Positions 17,006 to 27,822 are shown, counted from the first letter of the stretch. The stretch is DNA of 64,000 bases from an uncultured Clostridia bacterium (GCA_934167685.1 CAKPLQ010000003.1:569-64568), one strand, 5' to 3'. Notes: a model not told the origin generated them from the sequence alone. Numbers and translations: made by a program.

Positions 17006-19159
17006 CTACTCCTCCTTTGTGCTTTCTATATTGTTTTCTACCTCAGCTGTCTGAACTTCATTTAAAACACTATCTTTATTTACTACATATTCTACTTCAA
17101 ATGTTGTATCTAGATTTGTTATTAACTTAAATATATTAATACCTTGCCATAATTCTATAGGAGATATACTAGGTAATGTAATTATTTGTGGAGTAGCTAG
17201 CTCATAATATACTTCTGCCGGATGTTCTTGAAAAGATAATTTCAAATCTTCCCCTGTTTCTATATCAGTAGTAAGTAATCTCAAATAACTGAATGGACCA
17301 TCTTGTCTTATTGATATATACCACCCTTGTCTTAAATCGTTCATAGTGTCCCACGGGATACCAGTTAATTTATTTGATATAGCTGTAATTTTTGTATTAT
17401 CATTCTTTATATCTTTAAATAATTTTCCTTTATCACAATTTTTGTCTAGTATAAATTTATTAGAAGTGGCAATAATATATTTTTCATCATTGCTACCATC
17501 TAAAACAACTTTTCCTATATTCTTCTTAATTTCTACTTCGCCATTTCTATTTACTTTTAATATGTCTTTTATGTCTCCTACTTTGGCTAATGTATTGCCA
17601 TTTAAGTTGATTTCAATTACTTTTGGTTCGTGGTATGATTCGTAATAATCATTTCCAATATTTACTTCTTTTAACATAAAATCTTTAATATATAATGTTC
17701 TTTGAGAACCATAATCTGTTGTTATATAAGAAATTGTTTTACCTTGTTGTGAAATCACTCTATAATCACTTTCAGTAATTGTATTTAATATGTAATTCGT
17801 ACTTGATGTTCCATCTGTGTACTTAAATACAAATCTAAAATTACCTCCTACAGAATCAGAATACCCTTTTAAATTAATGCTATATTGTGTATTTTCTTTA
17901 AAATTTGATACAATATAATTTTTGTTAGTATTTATATATATGTGTAAATCATTAGCAGTTCCTGTGTAATAACTATCAGTGTTTTTTATCCAATTATTTG
18001 CATTCAAAAAGTTTTCTTGATTATACAAATTTTTTCCACTCTGTTCCAACCCAATACAGCCGAAAGACAAATATGTTTTTTGAGTTGTACTCTTGACTAA
18101 CACTGGTTTGGGATTTGTTGGCACATCATACTTATTTCCCCATATACTTAATCTTAAATATTTAACTCCAGACGGAATTGTAATAGGTCTAATATCATAA
18201 TCTGATAAAATTCCTGAAACAAATTCTTTTTTAGAGTTATACATTGCACCACTATTTCCGTTATTAAACAAGTTCATTCCACTGAAATAATATTTTTCAC
18301 CTTCTTTTACTTCTATAAAATCAGTTGCTAATACGTTATATGAATCATCTGCTCTTACTGCACTTCCATTAACAGAGCTTATATAATAATTTTTGCTTAC
18401 CTTAGACATATCAATCATATTACATCCATTAATAACTTCAATCTCTTGTGGATATTCTGGGTTTGGCGATGGCGTACCACCTGTGTATGGTTCGTAAGTC
18501 ATGTCTTCATTATCTATTGTTACTATTACATTTGTGTAATCCACATAATCACCAGCAACTCCCGTTCCTCCAGAATTAGCAAAAAACCATACTCCTAAAT
18601 ATTCTTGTCCTGTTTCTAAGTTTGGTATAACAAATGATATTTCTTTTCCACTAGCATCTGCCCTGATTTTTAATGTTCTATTTGCTCCATTACTATTGCA
18701 TAACCCCATTGCGTATCTCCCTTTTAAACTTGAGTTAGATTCAAATGTCGCTTTCATTCTCACTGTTTTTCCTACATATTTTGATAAATTTATTGTTGCA
18801 TATACTCCGAAAATAATATCAGAAACAGTTACATCTAAACCAACAGATAATCTCACACCTGTAGGGATGGTTTTTGCAATCGTTCCATAACGTCCATAGC
18901 CTTTTAATGTATTATCAAATAGCTGTCTGCCGTCTGTTGTTTCCTGCTCACTATTCCCATCAATATTTATTGCCTTAATCGGCAAATCCACTGCATTTCC
19001 ACATACTCCATCATTTACTGTCTTAGTAGGTTGATTATCTATATACTTCTTAATTAGTGACGAATAATCTCTAAATGTGCTTGAAGGCGTCTCTAATGCG
19101 TTCTTTATTTTTGTTTTTGTTTCTTTTAAATAATTTAATTTTTCTGCTGTTGTTCCCAT
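17006..19159 (-). CDS. Tail fiber / receptor-binding protein
   Basis: 717 aa, the last structural gene before lysis. The N-terminus MGTTAEKLNYLKETKTKIKNAL is typical of Clostridial phage fibers. The rest is beta-rich and N/G/Y/T-rich. Confidence 0.7.
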   Translation of the reverse strand: MGTTAEKLNYLKETKTKIKNALETPSSTFRDYSSLIKKYIDNQPTKTVNDGVCGNAVDLPIKAINIDGNSEQETTDGRQLFDNTLKGYGRYGTIAKTIPTGVRLSVGLDVTVSDIIFGVYATINLSKYVGKTVRMKATFESNSSLKGRYAMGLCNSNGANRTLKIRADASGKEISFVIPNLETGQEYLGVWFFANSGGTGVAGDYVDYTNVIVTIDNEDMTYEPYTGGTPSPNPEYPQEIEVINGCNMIDMSKVSKNYYISSVNGSAVRADDSYNVLATDFIEVKEGEKYYFSGMNLFNNGNSGAMYNSKKEFVSGILSDYDIRPITIPSGVKYLRLSIWGNKYDVPTNPKPVLVKSTTQKTYLSFGCIGLEQSGKNLYNQENFLNANNWIKNTDSYYTGTANDLHIYINTNKNYIVSNFKENTQYSINLKGYSDSVGGNFRFVFKYTDGTSSTNYILNTITESDYRVISQQGKTISYITTDYGSQRTLYIKDFMLKEVNIGNDYYESYHEPKVIEINLNGNTLAKVGDIKDILKVNRNGEVEIKKNIGKVVLDGSNDEKYIIATSNKFILDKNCDKGKLFKDIKNDNTKITAISNKLTGIPWDTMNDLRQGWYISIRQDGPFSYLRLLTTDIETGEDLKLSFQEHPAEVYYELATPQIITLPSISPIELWQGINIFKLITNLDTTFEVEYVVNKDSVLNEVQTAEVENNIESTKEE

Positions 19160-19674
19160 TAGATTACCTCCCCACTTATCTCATCTAATGCAGTGTTTAT
19201 ATCTCCAATCTTTTCTTCTATGTTTGATATATTAGTTTTATTCTTTTCGTTATCTTCTTGTAATATTTTTACATCTTTTTTTAAACTTTCAAACTCGTCA
19301 AGCCATGTTGGGTACTGCTCTGGTATAGTTTCAGTTGCATTTATTGAGTCTTTTACTTCCAGCGGTAATATCTCTGATTTGAAGATTTCTACATCATCAT
19401 GTAATATCCTTAATTGAAACTTGACAAAACCAGCTTGGCTAAGCAAACTCGACTTGACTGGTAATTCGTAACCTTCATCTGTTCTTGTAATATCATTTAT
19501 TGTTCCTTTTGTTCCGTCTGGTAACTCTACTTCTACTATTCCAGCTCCTTCTATTTTCTCGTCTAAAACAAAAAGAAGAACTTCTTGTAAGTTCTCTCCA
19601 CTCATTCCCAAAGTTCTTTTCGTTCTGCTCAATATCTTTCTATCAGACTTTCTTATTAATATTTTATTTATCAT
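19159..19674 (-). CDS. Baseplate/tail fiber-associated protein (BppU-N-like?)
   Basis: 171 aa. An N-terminal Ig-like segment plus a C-terminal coiled coil. The stop overlaps the next gene's start. Confidence 0.5.
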   Translation of the reverse strand: MINKILIRKSDRKILSRTKRTLGMSGENLQEVLLFVLDEKIEGAGIVEVELPDGTKGTINDITRTDEGYELPVKSSLLSQAGFVKFQLRILHDDVEIFKSEILPLEVKDSINATETIPEQYPTWLDEFESLKKDVKILQEDNEKNKTNISNIEEKIGDINTALDEISGEVI

Positions 19675-19686
19675 AATTTTCCCTTT

Positions 19687-20649
19687 CTACTTACAAACAA
19701 AAAGTAATTGACCTCTTATCCATGAATTTTTTGTGACTGGTGTTACGCTTCTATAGTTTAAATTTATGACATTTGACCCTGATAAAATTGTAACATCTCC
19801 TAATTGTCCTACTTGATTTACAAAAATTGAAGAAATTGCACCTGCTGCTGTAACTCCTGTTATTTCGCACAATTTATAAGCTGTCCAAGTTTGTGAAAGG
19901 TTTTCCGCTGCACCGTCAAAAAATATAAAACATAATTTTCCAAACCTATACCCTGTTACGTTGAAGCCACTCAATTTAGAAGTTATTACAAGCTTCTCTG
20001 TTTTAAAGAAATTCTTATTATAAAACTCTTCAAATACATTATTATTGTTTTTTACATATATTACAGGCTCAACATACTCTTCATATGTAGTTGCTTTTGA
20101 ACCTTGTTCAATTTGCACTTCTAATACTAAGTTATTAAATGCTAAGCCCGTTGCGTTTACATATGCATAAAAATCAATTGCTGTTCTTTCTGTTAATGTG
20201 AATGTTACACTCTTAGTATCTGTTGTTGCAAAAGTCTCTGCTGAAATTGTTGCAATATTAGTTGTCGTTCCACTTTTTCTTAAATAAAATGCAGCCGCTT
20301 GTGTTGTTCTCGTTACTGTACCACTTTTTTTATTCATAGACCATGTGTATGTACCAGCTTCCAAGACAATTTTAGTTGATGACTGTGCATACATAATTCC
20401 ATTTCCTGTGCTTGTGCCATTTATAGTCATAATGCTATTGTTAAAAGATGTAGTTACTCCCAATATTGTTTGGCTTAGCAACTCATCAGAATTAAACTTA
20501 TTTTTTCCTATCTTAACCCAAACTTTTTCTCTAGTGGTTGGCTTCGTTGTACCTACAATTACGGCACTTTCCTCAATATTATTTTGAAACGCATCAAATG
20601 TAGTTTTATTTAATTTTGTTTTTCCATTTATCCACTCAATTAATTTCAT
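19687..20649 (-). CDS. Tail/baseplate structural protein
   Basis: 320 aa, beta-rich and T/S/N-rich. Lies between the Tal-like and fiber genes. Confidence 0.55.
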   Translation of the reverse strand: MKLIEWINGKTKLNKTTFDAFQNNIEESAVIVGTTKPTTREKVWVKIGKNKFNSDELLSQTILGVTTSFNNSIMTINGTSTGNGIMYAQSSTKIVLEAGTYTWSMNKKSGTVTRTTQAAAFYLRKSGTTTNIATISAETFATTDTKSVTFTLTERTAIDFYAYVNATGLAFNNLVLEVQIEQGSKATTYEEYVEPVIYVKNNNNVFEEFYNKNFFKTEKLVITSKLSGFNVTGYRFGKLCFIFFDGAAENLSQTWTAYKLCEITGVTAAGAISSIFVNQVGQLGDVTILSGSNVINLNYRSVTPVTKNSWIRGQLLFVCK

Positions 20650-23455
20650 TTAACTTATCCTCCATTTCTTTTATTCTATTTTCTAGTTTTTCTATCATTT
20701 CTTGTTGTTCTTGTATTGCTTTTGATAATGTAGCAATAATTGGCAATTCATTAATATAGTATCTTTCCTCGTTTTTTTCTGTTTGCGGACTTATTAATAC
20801 AAAATTAGTGTCTATTTCTTCCATTTCTTGTGCAATATAACCTATATTATAATGTTTTCCATCATTTTTCTTGTCGAACTGCCTATGTTTTATTTGTTTT
20901 ATTATGTCTAATGCCTTAACAGTACTATCTTTTATATTATTTTTTATCCTTTTATCTGAAGAAATATTATCAGCGTATACATTACCAGATACATGTAAAC
21001 TGCCCCATATCCACGCTCCAGCACTTGGATATACGGAAAAATTAACTTTCTTTTCATCACTTCCTAGCATTACAGTACCACCGAAACAATTTAATGTTCC
21101 GTTTTCGACGATTAAATTTCCTTCATCAGAAAAAAGTACGTAAGTATTTTCATCTCCGATTTTAAATGAATTTGAACCTGCTTGATTTTTAAAAAATTGC
21201 ATCTTGTCTAATATATTTATTCTAGATTCACCCAAAACATTCTCTGGGAATATCTCCATATAAGATTTTGATGCATCGTTTGCGTTATAAAAATATAATC
21301 CGCTTCCAGATGGGTCTCCTTCTATTCTGACCCCTCCTGTTTGTATTCCTGTTCCTAATCCATTTAAAATTATATCACATGCGGTTAATACTAAACTTCC
21401 ACTACCCGTATCGGAGTCTTTTGCACCTATATTAAAATCTTTAACATAAAGTATTGGAAAGAACTTTCCATCTGATTTCGTTTTTATTCCCCATGCCATT
21501 CCATTTGATATATCCGTATCATATTCTCCCTCTACTGAAAAAGATATATATTGTTTATTATCTACTGTTTGTACTCCCATTTCTCCAAATGGTGTTGTTG
21601 CTCCGCTTTTGTAGAAGTGTTCTCCATCTTTGTCAAAACTTGCTATTACATTGTTACTACCATCTACAATACATAAACTAGCATTGTTATTAAATACCAT
21701 CATCTTTATAAAATCTGATATTTTATTCCATGCAACTTGAACGCTTTCATAGTCTTGTATTATTTTTGTCCCAAGTTCTTCTTCATCTACTTTTTTATTA
21801 ACTTCTGTCATTATTTGTGTAGATGTTTGTGTAATACTTGTATTTAATTGTACTTTTGTTGCAAATGTGTCTGTTAAATCACTTTTTTGTGCCCATTTAA
21901 CTTGCATTTCTGCACTAAAATCTTTTATTTGTATTGTATTTTTTCCTTGTTCTAATATAATATGAAGTTCGCCTAAATCTTCTATTTCTTCATTGTCTTT
22001 AATGCTTCCATCTTGATTTATTCTTCTTATTATTTTAGCAGTTCCGTTATCTAACGCATATTCATCTCTAATATTGCCGTTTTGTCTTAATGTGTCTGTT
22101 ATTTTTAAATCATAATTAGTAGAATTTCCTTTTTCATCTGTTACAATTAATACACTCTCTACATCTCTTAAATATAAACTATCGCTTAAATACAAATCAT
22201 CACTTAAAACTAACGGTGCAAATACTGTATTATTTCCATATATATTAAGTTTTAATAATTCCCCATTTGCACAATTGTCTAATGTTATTGTTTTAGTATC
22301 TGTTACAGTTTTTGTCAAATCTGCTATATTACTTACTTTGTTAGATATTTCATTTATACTTATTTCATGTTCTGCTATTTTTTCTGTGTTGTCTGAAGTT
22401 TCTTGTGCTAGTTGAGTGATTTTTCCATCTATCTGATTTATTTCACTTTGTACTCTTTTTATTTTATTTGAATTAGTTTGCTTTGTCTGCATGCTTTCTT
22501 GCTCTGTCTTAGCTTGTATCTTACTTTTAATATTTGCTTTAAATTTTCCAGCATATTCTAATTCTCCTTGAAATAAAACTTTTTTACCGTCTATAATTAA
22601 AATATCTCCAATGTCATAAGCCGGGTCTATTATAGTTTCTCCTTCAAACGAGTACACTTCAAAATTTTTAATTTGATTATATATATTTTCTACTTGATTA
22701 CTGTCAACTATATACATATTATTTTGATTTATATATATAGTATCAGCTGTACTATTTCCAAACTTATAATCTTGTGTTCCATCTTCATAAGAGACTTTGG
22801 ATACTTTAAACTTGTCTCCCCATTTGTAATCTTTAAATAAGTTAATATCTACATTTCCTGTATCTTGCCCAAATGTTCTAATATAAAGTTTTCCATCTCT
22901 GCCAATTACTGCAAAACCTCCAGCTTGTTCAGCAATGTAACTTAAATAAGTTCTAGCTAATACAGTATTATCATATACAGATATTTGTTTATCAGAGTTA
23001 AGAAAAGAAGTAGAACCTAATTCTACTCCTATCTTAGTACATATATCTTGCAATACTTGTAACATTGTTGCTGGATAAGTTAAATCGCTACCATCATATT
23101 TATTGTCTTCAAATTTCTTCATGTAATCTGTCGCATTTATCTTTACTTTAAACTCATCATCTTCTACTGATTGAATTGTAAACTTTCCGACTGGTATTAT
23201 TTCATCTTCTAAGCCACTTTCAATATATACTTCATTATAATTATCAGGTAAGTCTCTTTTATCTATTTCAAACTCAATATCAATCTCAGGTGTACTTCCT
23301 AAACAAATTTCATTATTATTAAATAACTCTAATGTTGTTTTAAAGTCTCCTATATGATTAGGCTCAACTTGTTTTCCGTCTATGTATATATTTAATTCAT
23401 GTTGTGTTGAATCATTTAGTATTTTATCTTTATAATTTTGACTTGTATTATACAT
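20636..23455 (-). CDS. Tail-associated (Tal-like) minor structural protein with a C-terminal S74 intramolecular chaperone domain
   Basis: 939 aa, following a Dit-like gene. The C-terminus is SDKRIKNNIKD...IKQIKHRQFDKKNDGKHYNIGYIAQEMEEID...INELPIIATLSKAIQEQQEMIEKLENRIKEME. This is the typical endosialidase-chaperone (Peptidase_S74) signature. Confidence 0.75.
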   Translation of the reverse strand: MYNTSQNYKDKILNDSTQHELNIYIDGKQVEPNHIGDFKTTLELFNNNEICLGSTPEIDIEFEIDKRDLPDNYNEVYIESGLEDEIIPVGKFTIQSVEDDEFKVKINATDYMKKFEDNKYDGSDLTYPATMLQVLQDICTKIGVELGSTSFLNSDKQISVYDNTVLARTYLSYIAEQAGGFAVIGRDGKLYIRTFGQDTGNVDINLFKDYKWGDKFKVSKVSYEDGTQDYKFGNSTADTIYINQNNMYIVDSNQVENIYNQIKNFEVYSFEGETIIDPAYDIGDILIIDGKKVLFQGELEYAGKFKANIKSKIQAKTEQESMQTKQTNSNKIKRVQSEINQIDGKITQLAQETSDNTEKIAEHEISINEISNKVSNIADLTKTVTDTKTITLDNCANGELLKLNIYGNNTVFAPLVLSDDLYLSDSLYLRDVESVLIVTDEKGNSTNYDLKITDTLRQNGNIRDEYALDNGTAKIIRRINQDGSIKDNEEIEDLGELHIILEQGKNTIQIKDFSAEMQVKWAQKSDLTDTFATKVQLNTSITQTSTQIMTEVNKKVDEEELGTKIIQDYESVQVAWNKISDFIKMMVFNNNASLCIVDGSNNVIASFDKDGEHFYKSGATTPFGEMGVQTVDNKQYISFSVEGEYDTDISNGMAWGIKTKSDGKFFPILYVKDFNIGAKDSDTGSGSLVLTACDIILNGLGTGIQTGGVRIEGDPSGSGLYFYNANDASKSYMEIFPENVLGESRINILDKMQFFKNQAGSNSFKIGDENTYVLFSDEGNLIVENGTLNCFGGTVMLGSDEKKVNFSVYPSAGAWIWGSLHVSGNVYADNISSDKRIKNNIKDSTVKALDIIKQIKHRQFDKKNDGKHYNIGYIAQEMEEIDTNFVLISPQTEKNEERYYINELPIIATLSKAIQEQQEMIEKLENRIKEMEDKLNEIN

Positions 23456-23464
23456 TATAGCCTC

Positions 23465-23896
23465 CTACGAATTTGCATTCTTTACTGCTTGTTTCTGTGC
23501 TTCTGTTAACTCTTTTTGCATTAAATTAAAAGAACACTTCCATCTTGTTTTGGAAGTGTTCGCATTTAATTCTGTATCTACCATTTCTACTTTTCTTTTT
23601 GAAACTCTAAATTTTGCTCCTTCTAAAAATCCACCATTTACAACTGGTACTTTTACATCTAGCACAAATGGATTTTTATACGTTTTTTGAATTATGTTCT
23701 CTGCCTCTTCTTCTGAATTTAAATCCCATGCCATAGAAAGTTTTAACATTCCCACAGCAATTGGATTATCTATTAATGCACCTGTCTTTTTACTTGTATA
23801 ACTATCGTTGTCTGTATCTTCTATATCTGCACTATATGACGAAGGAGTTGGCAAATTTTCTGTTTCTCCATGTTCTTTCCATAACATCTTAATCAC
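23465..23896 (-). CDS. Distal tail protein-like (short)
   Basis: 143 aa, immediately after the tape measure gene with an 8-nt overlap. Called on position only. Confidence 0.5.
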   Translation of the reverse strand: MIKMLWKEHGETENLPTPSSYSADIEDTDNDSYTSKKTGALIDNPIAVGMLKLSMAWDLNSEEEAENIIQKTYKNPFVLDVKVPVVNGGFLEGAKFRVSKRKVEMVDTELNANTSKTRWKCSFNLMQKELTEAQKQAVKNANS

Positions 23897-26708
23897 CTAC
23901 CGTTACTATTGTATTTTTTCCAGTTCTTCTGGTTTTTGAATTTATATAATCTATTGTGTCATCAAATATATCTTTGCCTAAATATTGTATTGTTACATGT
24001 ATTGGTTGTCCGTTGTTACTTTGGCTTGCTAATATGTCTTCAAGTGTTTCAGACAAATTCTGTGATTGTACTCTTACTGGTTCTATTTTAGCATTAGTTT
24101 GAATGCTATTTCCTATACCACTTGTATCAATCGTATATGACATTGTTCCTGCTAAATTTTCTATTTCATTTTTTACTTTGCTAGTATTGTCTCTTATTCC
24201 GCTAACCATTAAATCAATCATGTCTGGCATATATGTATGAAAGTTTGACAATGGTCCAATATCTGGTTCAGAGAAATGTAGATAGTCTTTTATTCGGTCT
24301 GCAACAGAATTAACTGCACTTGTTACTTTGTGAATATTGTTTTTTATTCCAGAAGCCATATTGTCTGCTAAATCTTTCCCCCAAGTTGATGCATTACGTC
24401 CTAAGTTAGAAAATGTGTTTTTTATGCTATCTCCCCAATTAAAAATAGTACTCTTTGCAGTATTCAATCCTGTTGAAATTTTGTTCTTTAGAGTATTTAC
24501 ACTACTACTTACATTCTGTGATGCATTACTCCAAGTTGAACTAATCTTATTTTTTACATCATTTCCCCAGTTCGAAATTGTTGTTTTAGTATTACTTGAC
24601 CAGTTTGAAATATTGCTTTTTATTTCTGTCAATTTATTAGTCACATTATTTTTAAAATCGATAAATGGTTGTTTTACTTTGTCCCATATTCCTAGTAATC
24701 CATTTTTCAAACCTTCTACAATGAAATTTCCTTGTTCTTCCATGACTGTTGATGGCGAATGTATTCCAAAAGCACTTTTAAAGCCGTCAATGAAAGGCTT
24801 AAATATATTATCATATACCCATTGGCCAACTCCAACAATAGCATCACCTATTCCTTTAAATATTCCTGCTACTACATTTCCTCCGCATTCTTCTATCTTA
24901 TCATTGAAATAATCTTCAATCCCATTAAAAGCATCACTTATTAATGTTCCTAAAAATAGTGCAAATCCTCCAAAAGCAGCACCAAGTCCTCTAAAGAATG
25001 ATTGTACGACTCCACTCCAATCTATATTTTTAACAAACTCTTCAACATCTCTCGCTATTTGTTGCCAATCTATTTCTTCTAATGCCGTGTCTATACTATC
25101 AAATACACCTTTTATTCCTTCACTTAAAGTTTGTCCTGCTGTTTTCCAGTCTATATTATTGAAAAATCCATTTATACTATCTCCAATTGCTTTTCCAAAC
25201 TGTTTCCAATCAAATGTAGTTACAAAATTGTAAGCAAAATAAATTGCTGTATTTATTCCTTGTGCGAATGTATTTCCAACTTGATTCCAGTTTGTTGTTT
25301 TTATAAATCCATTTAGGAATTGTGCAATATTTGTTGCTATATTTCTTGCTGTATTTTGTATCTTTGTCCAATCTATACTGTTCATTGCATCATTTAGTTT
25401 TTGACCTATTGTTGCTCCAACTTCATACCAATTGCCATTCTTTATTGCATCTATCATAGAACTTGACATATTACTCATTTTTGATAAATCAAAATTAGGT
25501 GTAGTTGTATCATCTCCACTATTCTTATTATCAGAAACATTATTTATTTCATTGTGTATATTTGATAATGATTTTCCAGTATCCTTAGCACTTTTTGATG
25601 TACTATTCATAGATGATGCCGTAGCTTTTGCAAAAATATTTACTCCTGTCAATGCGTATGCAACACTTTGAATTGCTCTCATTAACTGATATACTAAATT
25701 AGTTAAGAATTGTATTACGGGCGCTAATGCTGACCCCATAGCATACTTCATATAATCTATGTTAGCACTTAATTGTTTTGCACCTGCATTTTGACTTGAT
25801 AACCACGATTGAGCAGAACTACTTAATGTTGAATATATACTTCTTAGACTAAATAATGCTGTAGCATATTTTAAGACATGTCCAAGTCCACTTTTTATTC
25901 CACCACTCCACTGTTTTATTTGATTCTTTATTTTTATTGTCATTCCTGATATGTTGTCCATTGATGGTGTTATCTTTTTCAAGCCTGAAAAAAGGCTAGA
26001 AAAGAAACTTCCTTTGCTTCCTTTTTCTAGCTTATCTTTTTTATTATTTAATCTTTCTAATTCTGCTTCCGCTTCTATTATTTCTTTAGTATTTAGATGT
26101 ATCTTGCCTTCTTTTGCATTTTCTAGTTTTTCTTCTATTTCACTTATTTTATACTTTACCAACTCTAATTCTTTTGAACTTCCAATTTGTTTTGCTTCCT
26201 GTTTAAATTGCCTTATTGCTGGAACTATTTGACTAATCTTGCTTTTTAAAGTGTCCCATAAACTTAATTTCGTCATATTAGGAACATTTGGTTTTTCAAC
26301 ATTAGGTGCATTTTCTTCTACTGTATTTGTTATAACTGGTTTCTTTATTTGTATATTTCCTATGTTTTGCTCTTCTTTCTTTATTCCTAAGATATTCCCT
26401 TTTAACTTTTGCATTTCTTTAGAATATCCAACTATATTCTTTATCTTGAACGCATTACCATTAATGGTCATCCCACTGATATCGTTTGGGTCAAATGCTT
26501 CCTTTATTTGTTTTTTAGCAGTTGAAATTTGTTTGTTTACTTCTTTTAAGTCAATATTTGCAGTTATATCTTTTAAATTTATATTGTCAAATTGTTTTTT
26601 TATTAATTCTATTTGCTTTTTTATAGAAGGCGCTAACTTTTCAAATTCTTTTACAGCCTTTTCTACGCTTGTATTTACTATGATATCTATTTCTTCAGTT
26701 GTCACCAA
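23889..26708 (-). CDS. Tape measure protein
   Basis: 939 aa. An N-terminal coiled coil, a hydrophobic central block, and periodic xxDW motifs (SIDWTKI, TFDWKQF, NIDWKTA, EIDWQQI, NIDWSGV). It sits in the canonical position. Confidence 0.9.
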   Translation of the reverse strand: MVTTEEIDIIVNTSVEKAVKEFEKLAPSIKKQIELIKKQFDNINLKDITANIDLKEVNKQISTAKKQIKEAFDPNDISGMTINGNAFKIKNIVGYSKEMQKLKGNILGIKKEEQNIGNIQIKKPVITNTVEENAPNVEKPNVPNMTKLSLWDTLKSKISQIVPAIRQFKQEAKQIGSSKELELVKYKISEIEEKLENAKEGKIHLNTKEIIEAEAELERLNNKKDKLEKGSKGSFFSSLFSGLKKITPSMDNISGMTIKIKNQIKQWSGGIKSGLGHVLKYATALFSLRSIYSTLSSSAQSWLSSQNAGAKQLSANIDYMKYAMGSALAPVIQFLTNLVYQLMRAIQSVAYALTGVNIFAKATASSMNSTSKSAKDTGKSLSNIHNEINNVSDNKNSGDDTTTPNFDLSKMSNMSSSMIDAIKNGNWYEVGATIGQKLNDAMNSIDWTKIQNTARNIATNIAQFLNGFIKTTNWNQVGNTFAQGINTAIYFAYNFVTTFDWKQFGKAIGDSINGFFNNIDWKTAGQTLSEGIKGVFDSIDTALEEIDWQQIARDVEEFVKNIDWSGVVQSFFRGLGAAFGGFALFLGTLISDAFNGIEDYFNDKIEECGGNVVAGIFKGIGDAIVGVGQWVYDNIFKPFIDGFKSAFGIHSPSTVMEEQGNFIVEGLKNGLLGIWDKVKQPFIDFKNNVTNKLTEIKSNISNWSSNTKTTISNWGNDVKNKISSTWSNASQNVSSSVNTLKNKISTGLNTAKSTIFNWGDSIKNTFSNLGRNASTWGKDLADNMASGIKNNIHKVTSAVNSVADRIKDYLHFSEPDIGPLSNFHTYMPDMIDLMVSGIRDNTSKVKNEIENLAGTMSYTIDTSGIGNSIQTNAKIEPVRVQSQNLSETLEDILASQSNNGQPIHVTIQYLGKDIFDDTIDYINSKTRRTGKNTIVTVGD

Positions 26709-26781
26709 TCATTCCTCCTTTCTTATTTTTATTTTTTGTTGTATAATCTACCTATCTTATTTTAGAAAGGTGGTGAATATT

Positions 26782-27360
26782 TTGAACCCACTAAATAGTT
26801 TTAGAAATCTTATGATTGATTTTGAAGTATATAGGAACTCTAATCTTCTTTACACTAAAAAAGGATTAAAGAACACAGAAAAAGGTAGTAATAAAAAGTA
26901 CATAGGTTTCTATCCAGATGTTGATATTCAAATAGGTGATGTTTTATCTAATCCTAATTCAAGTGTAAAATACTATATTATAGATATTGATACATCAACT
27001 TATAATGGAGAAATTTTTCAAATAAAAGCTTACTATCAAAATACTTCTCCTTCTTCTCAAACTACCTCAACTATATACAATATTGGTAATGCTTCAAATT
27101 CAATTATTGGCAATCAGCAACAAGCAATATTAAAAAATTCTTCTTTTAGCATTGAAGATTTGAAAAAACTTGTTGAGTTTTATGGAAACAATGATAAAGA
27201 GCAATTATATGAATTAGTTTCATTGTTGCAAAAATCACTTGAAGATGATGATTTTCACAAAAGCAAATTATCAAAATTTAGCGATTTAATAGCAAAACAT
27301 TCCTGGCTACCAACTGCTATTGCTCAAATTGTTTCAGCATTTATACAGACGCCACATTAA
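26782..27360 (+). CDS. Opposite-strand moron protein (192 aa), function unknown
   Basis: Only the 3' third of track ORF 26239-27360 is intergenic. There is a GGTGGTG RBS, then an in-frame TTG at 26782 (next ATG at 26812). A TATAAT lies at 26742-26747 and a strong terminator follows right after the stop. The protein has an N-terminal beta-like part, a low-complexity linker (QTTSTIYNIGNASNSIIGNQQQ), and a helical C-terminus ending in the amphipathic/hydrophobic HSWLPTAIAQIVSAFIQ. Confidence 0.6.
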   Translation: MNPLNSFRNLMIDFEVYRNSNLLYTKKGLKNTEKGSNKKYIGFYPDVDIQIGDVLSNPNSSVKYYIIDIDTSTYNGEIFQIKAYYQNTSPSSQTTSTIYNIGNASNSIIGNQQQAILKNSSFSIEDLKKLVEFYGNNDKEQLYELVSLLQKSLEDDDFHKSKLSKFSDLIAKHSWLPTAIAQIVSAFIQTPH

Positions 27361-27472
27361 TTGTAGGTGCTTCGGCACCTTCTTTTTTTATTTCAAAACT
27401 GCCTTCGATTATTACTTGTATATCATTTGTTTTTATATTCGTAATATTATCATTTATTATTATCTCAACCAT
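27341..27472 (-). CDS. Possible 43-aa protein
   Basis: GGGAGGAAATT RBS then ATG at 27472. Sequence MVEIIINDNITNIKTNDIQVIIEGSFEIKKEGAEAPTINVASV. It is convergent with, and slightly overlaps, the 26782 gene. Confidence 0.3.
   Translation of the reverse strand: MVEIIINDNITNIKTNDIQVIIEGSFEIKKEGAEAPTINVASV
27365..27389 (+). terminator. Rho-independent terminator
   Basis: AGGTGC-TTCG-GCACCT followed by TCTTTTTTT. Confidence 0.85.
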
Positions 27473-27576
27473 AATTTCCTCCCATTATAAAAAGCACCAG
27501 TTTTACTGATTTTTATTGTAGTTTTAAATTTCTTAAAATTTTGCATAATAAAAACACCTACCTAAGTAAGTGTTTC

Positions 27577-27822
27577 TTAATTATTTTGTTTTTTGGTTGC
27601 TCTTAATGGTGCCCCTACATTATCTCTAAAGCTTCCTAATAGTATCTTTATTGTGTCTAGAAACCATCCAATCATACATAAACCAAAAGTAAATGTATAT
27701 AATAGTCCTTTTCCTATATTTCCAACATAATATTGATGTAATCCAAACCATCCTCCCAATATGCACATTATTAATGCTGTATCTTTATTTTTATCTGATG
27801 TCATTGTTTGATAATGAGCCAT
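27577..27822 (-). CDS. TM2-domain membrane protein
   Basis: 81 aa. LGGWFGLHQYYVGNIGKGLLYTFTFGLCMIGWFLD matches the TM2 motif (GxxGxHxFYxG plus a second helix). It has its own hairpin/U-run just after the stop (27552-27576). Confidence 0.8.
   Translation of the reverse strand: MAHYQTMTSDKNKDTALIMCILGGWFGLHQYYVGNIGKGLLYTFTFGLCMIGWFLDTIKILLGSFRDNVGAPLRATKKQNN

Noticed and set aside
24337-24912. 191-aa plus-strand ORF, together with other plus-strand ORFs from 23909 to 26232
   Set aside because: All lie antisense within the tape-measure gene. They have no RBS and no recognisable motifs.
26239-26781. 5' two-thirds of the 373-aa plus-strand track ORF
   Set aside because: It lies antisense inside the tape-measure gene, is F/L/I/S-rich with low complexity, and has no RBS. 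Only the part from 26782 is intergenic with proper signals.
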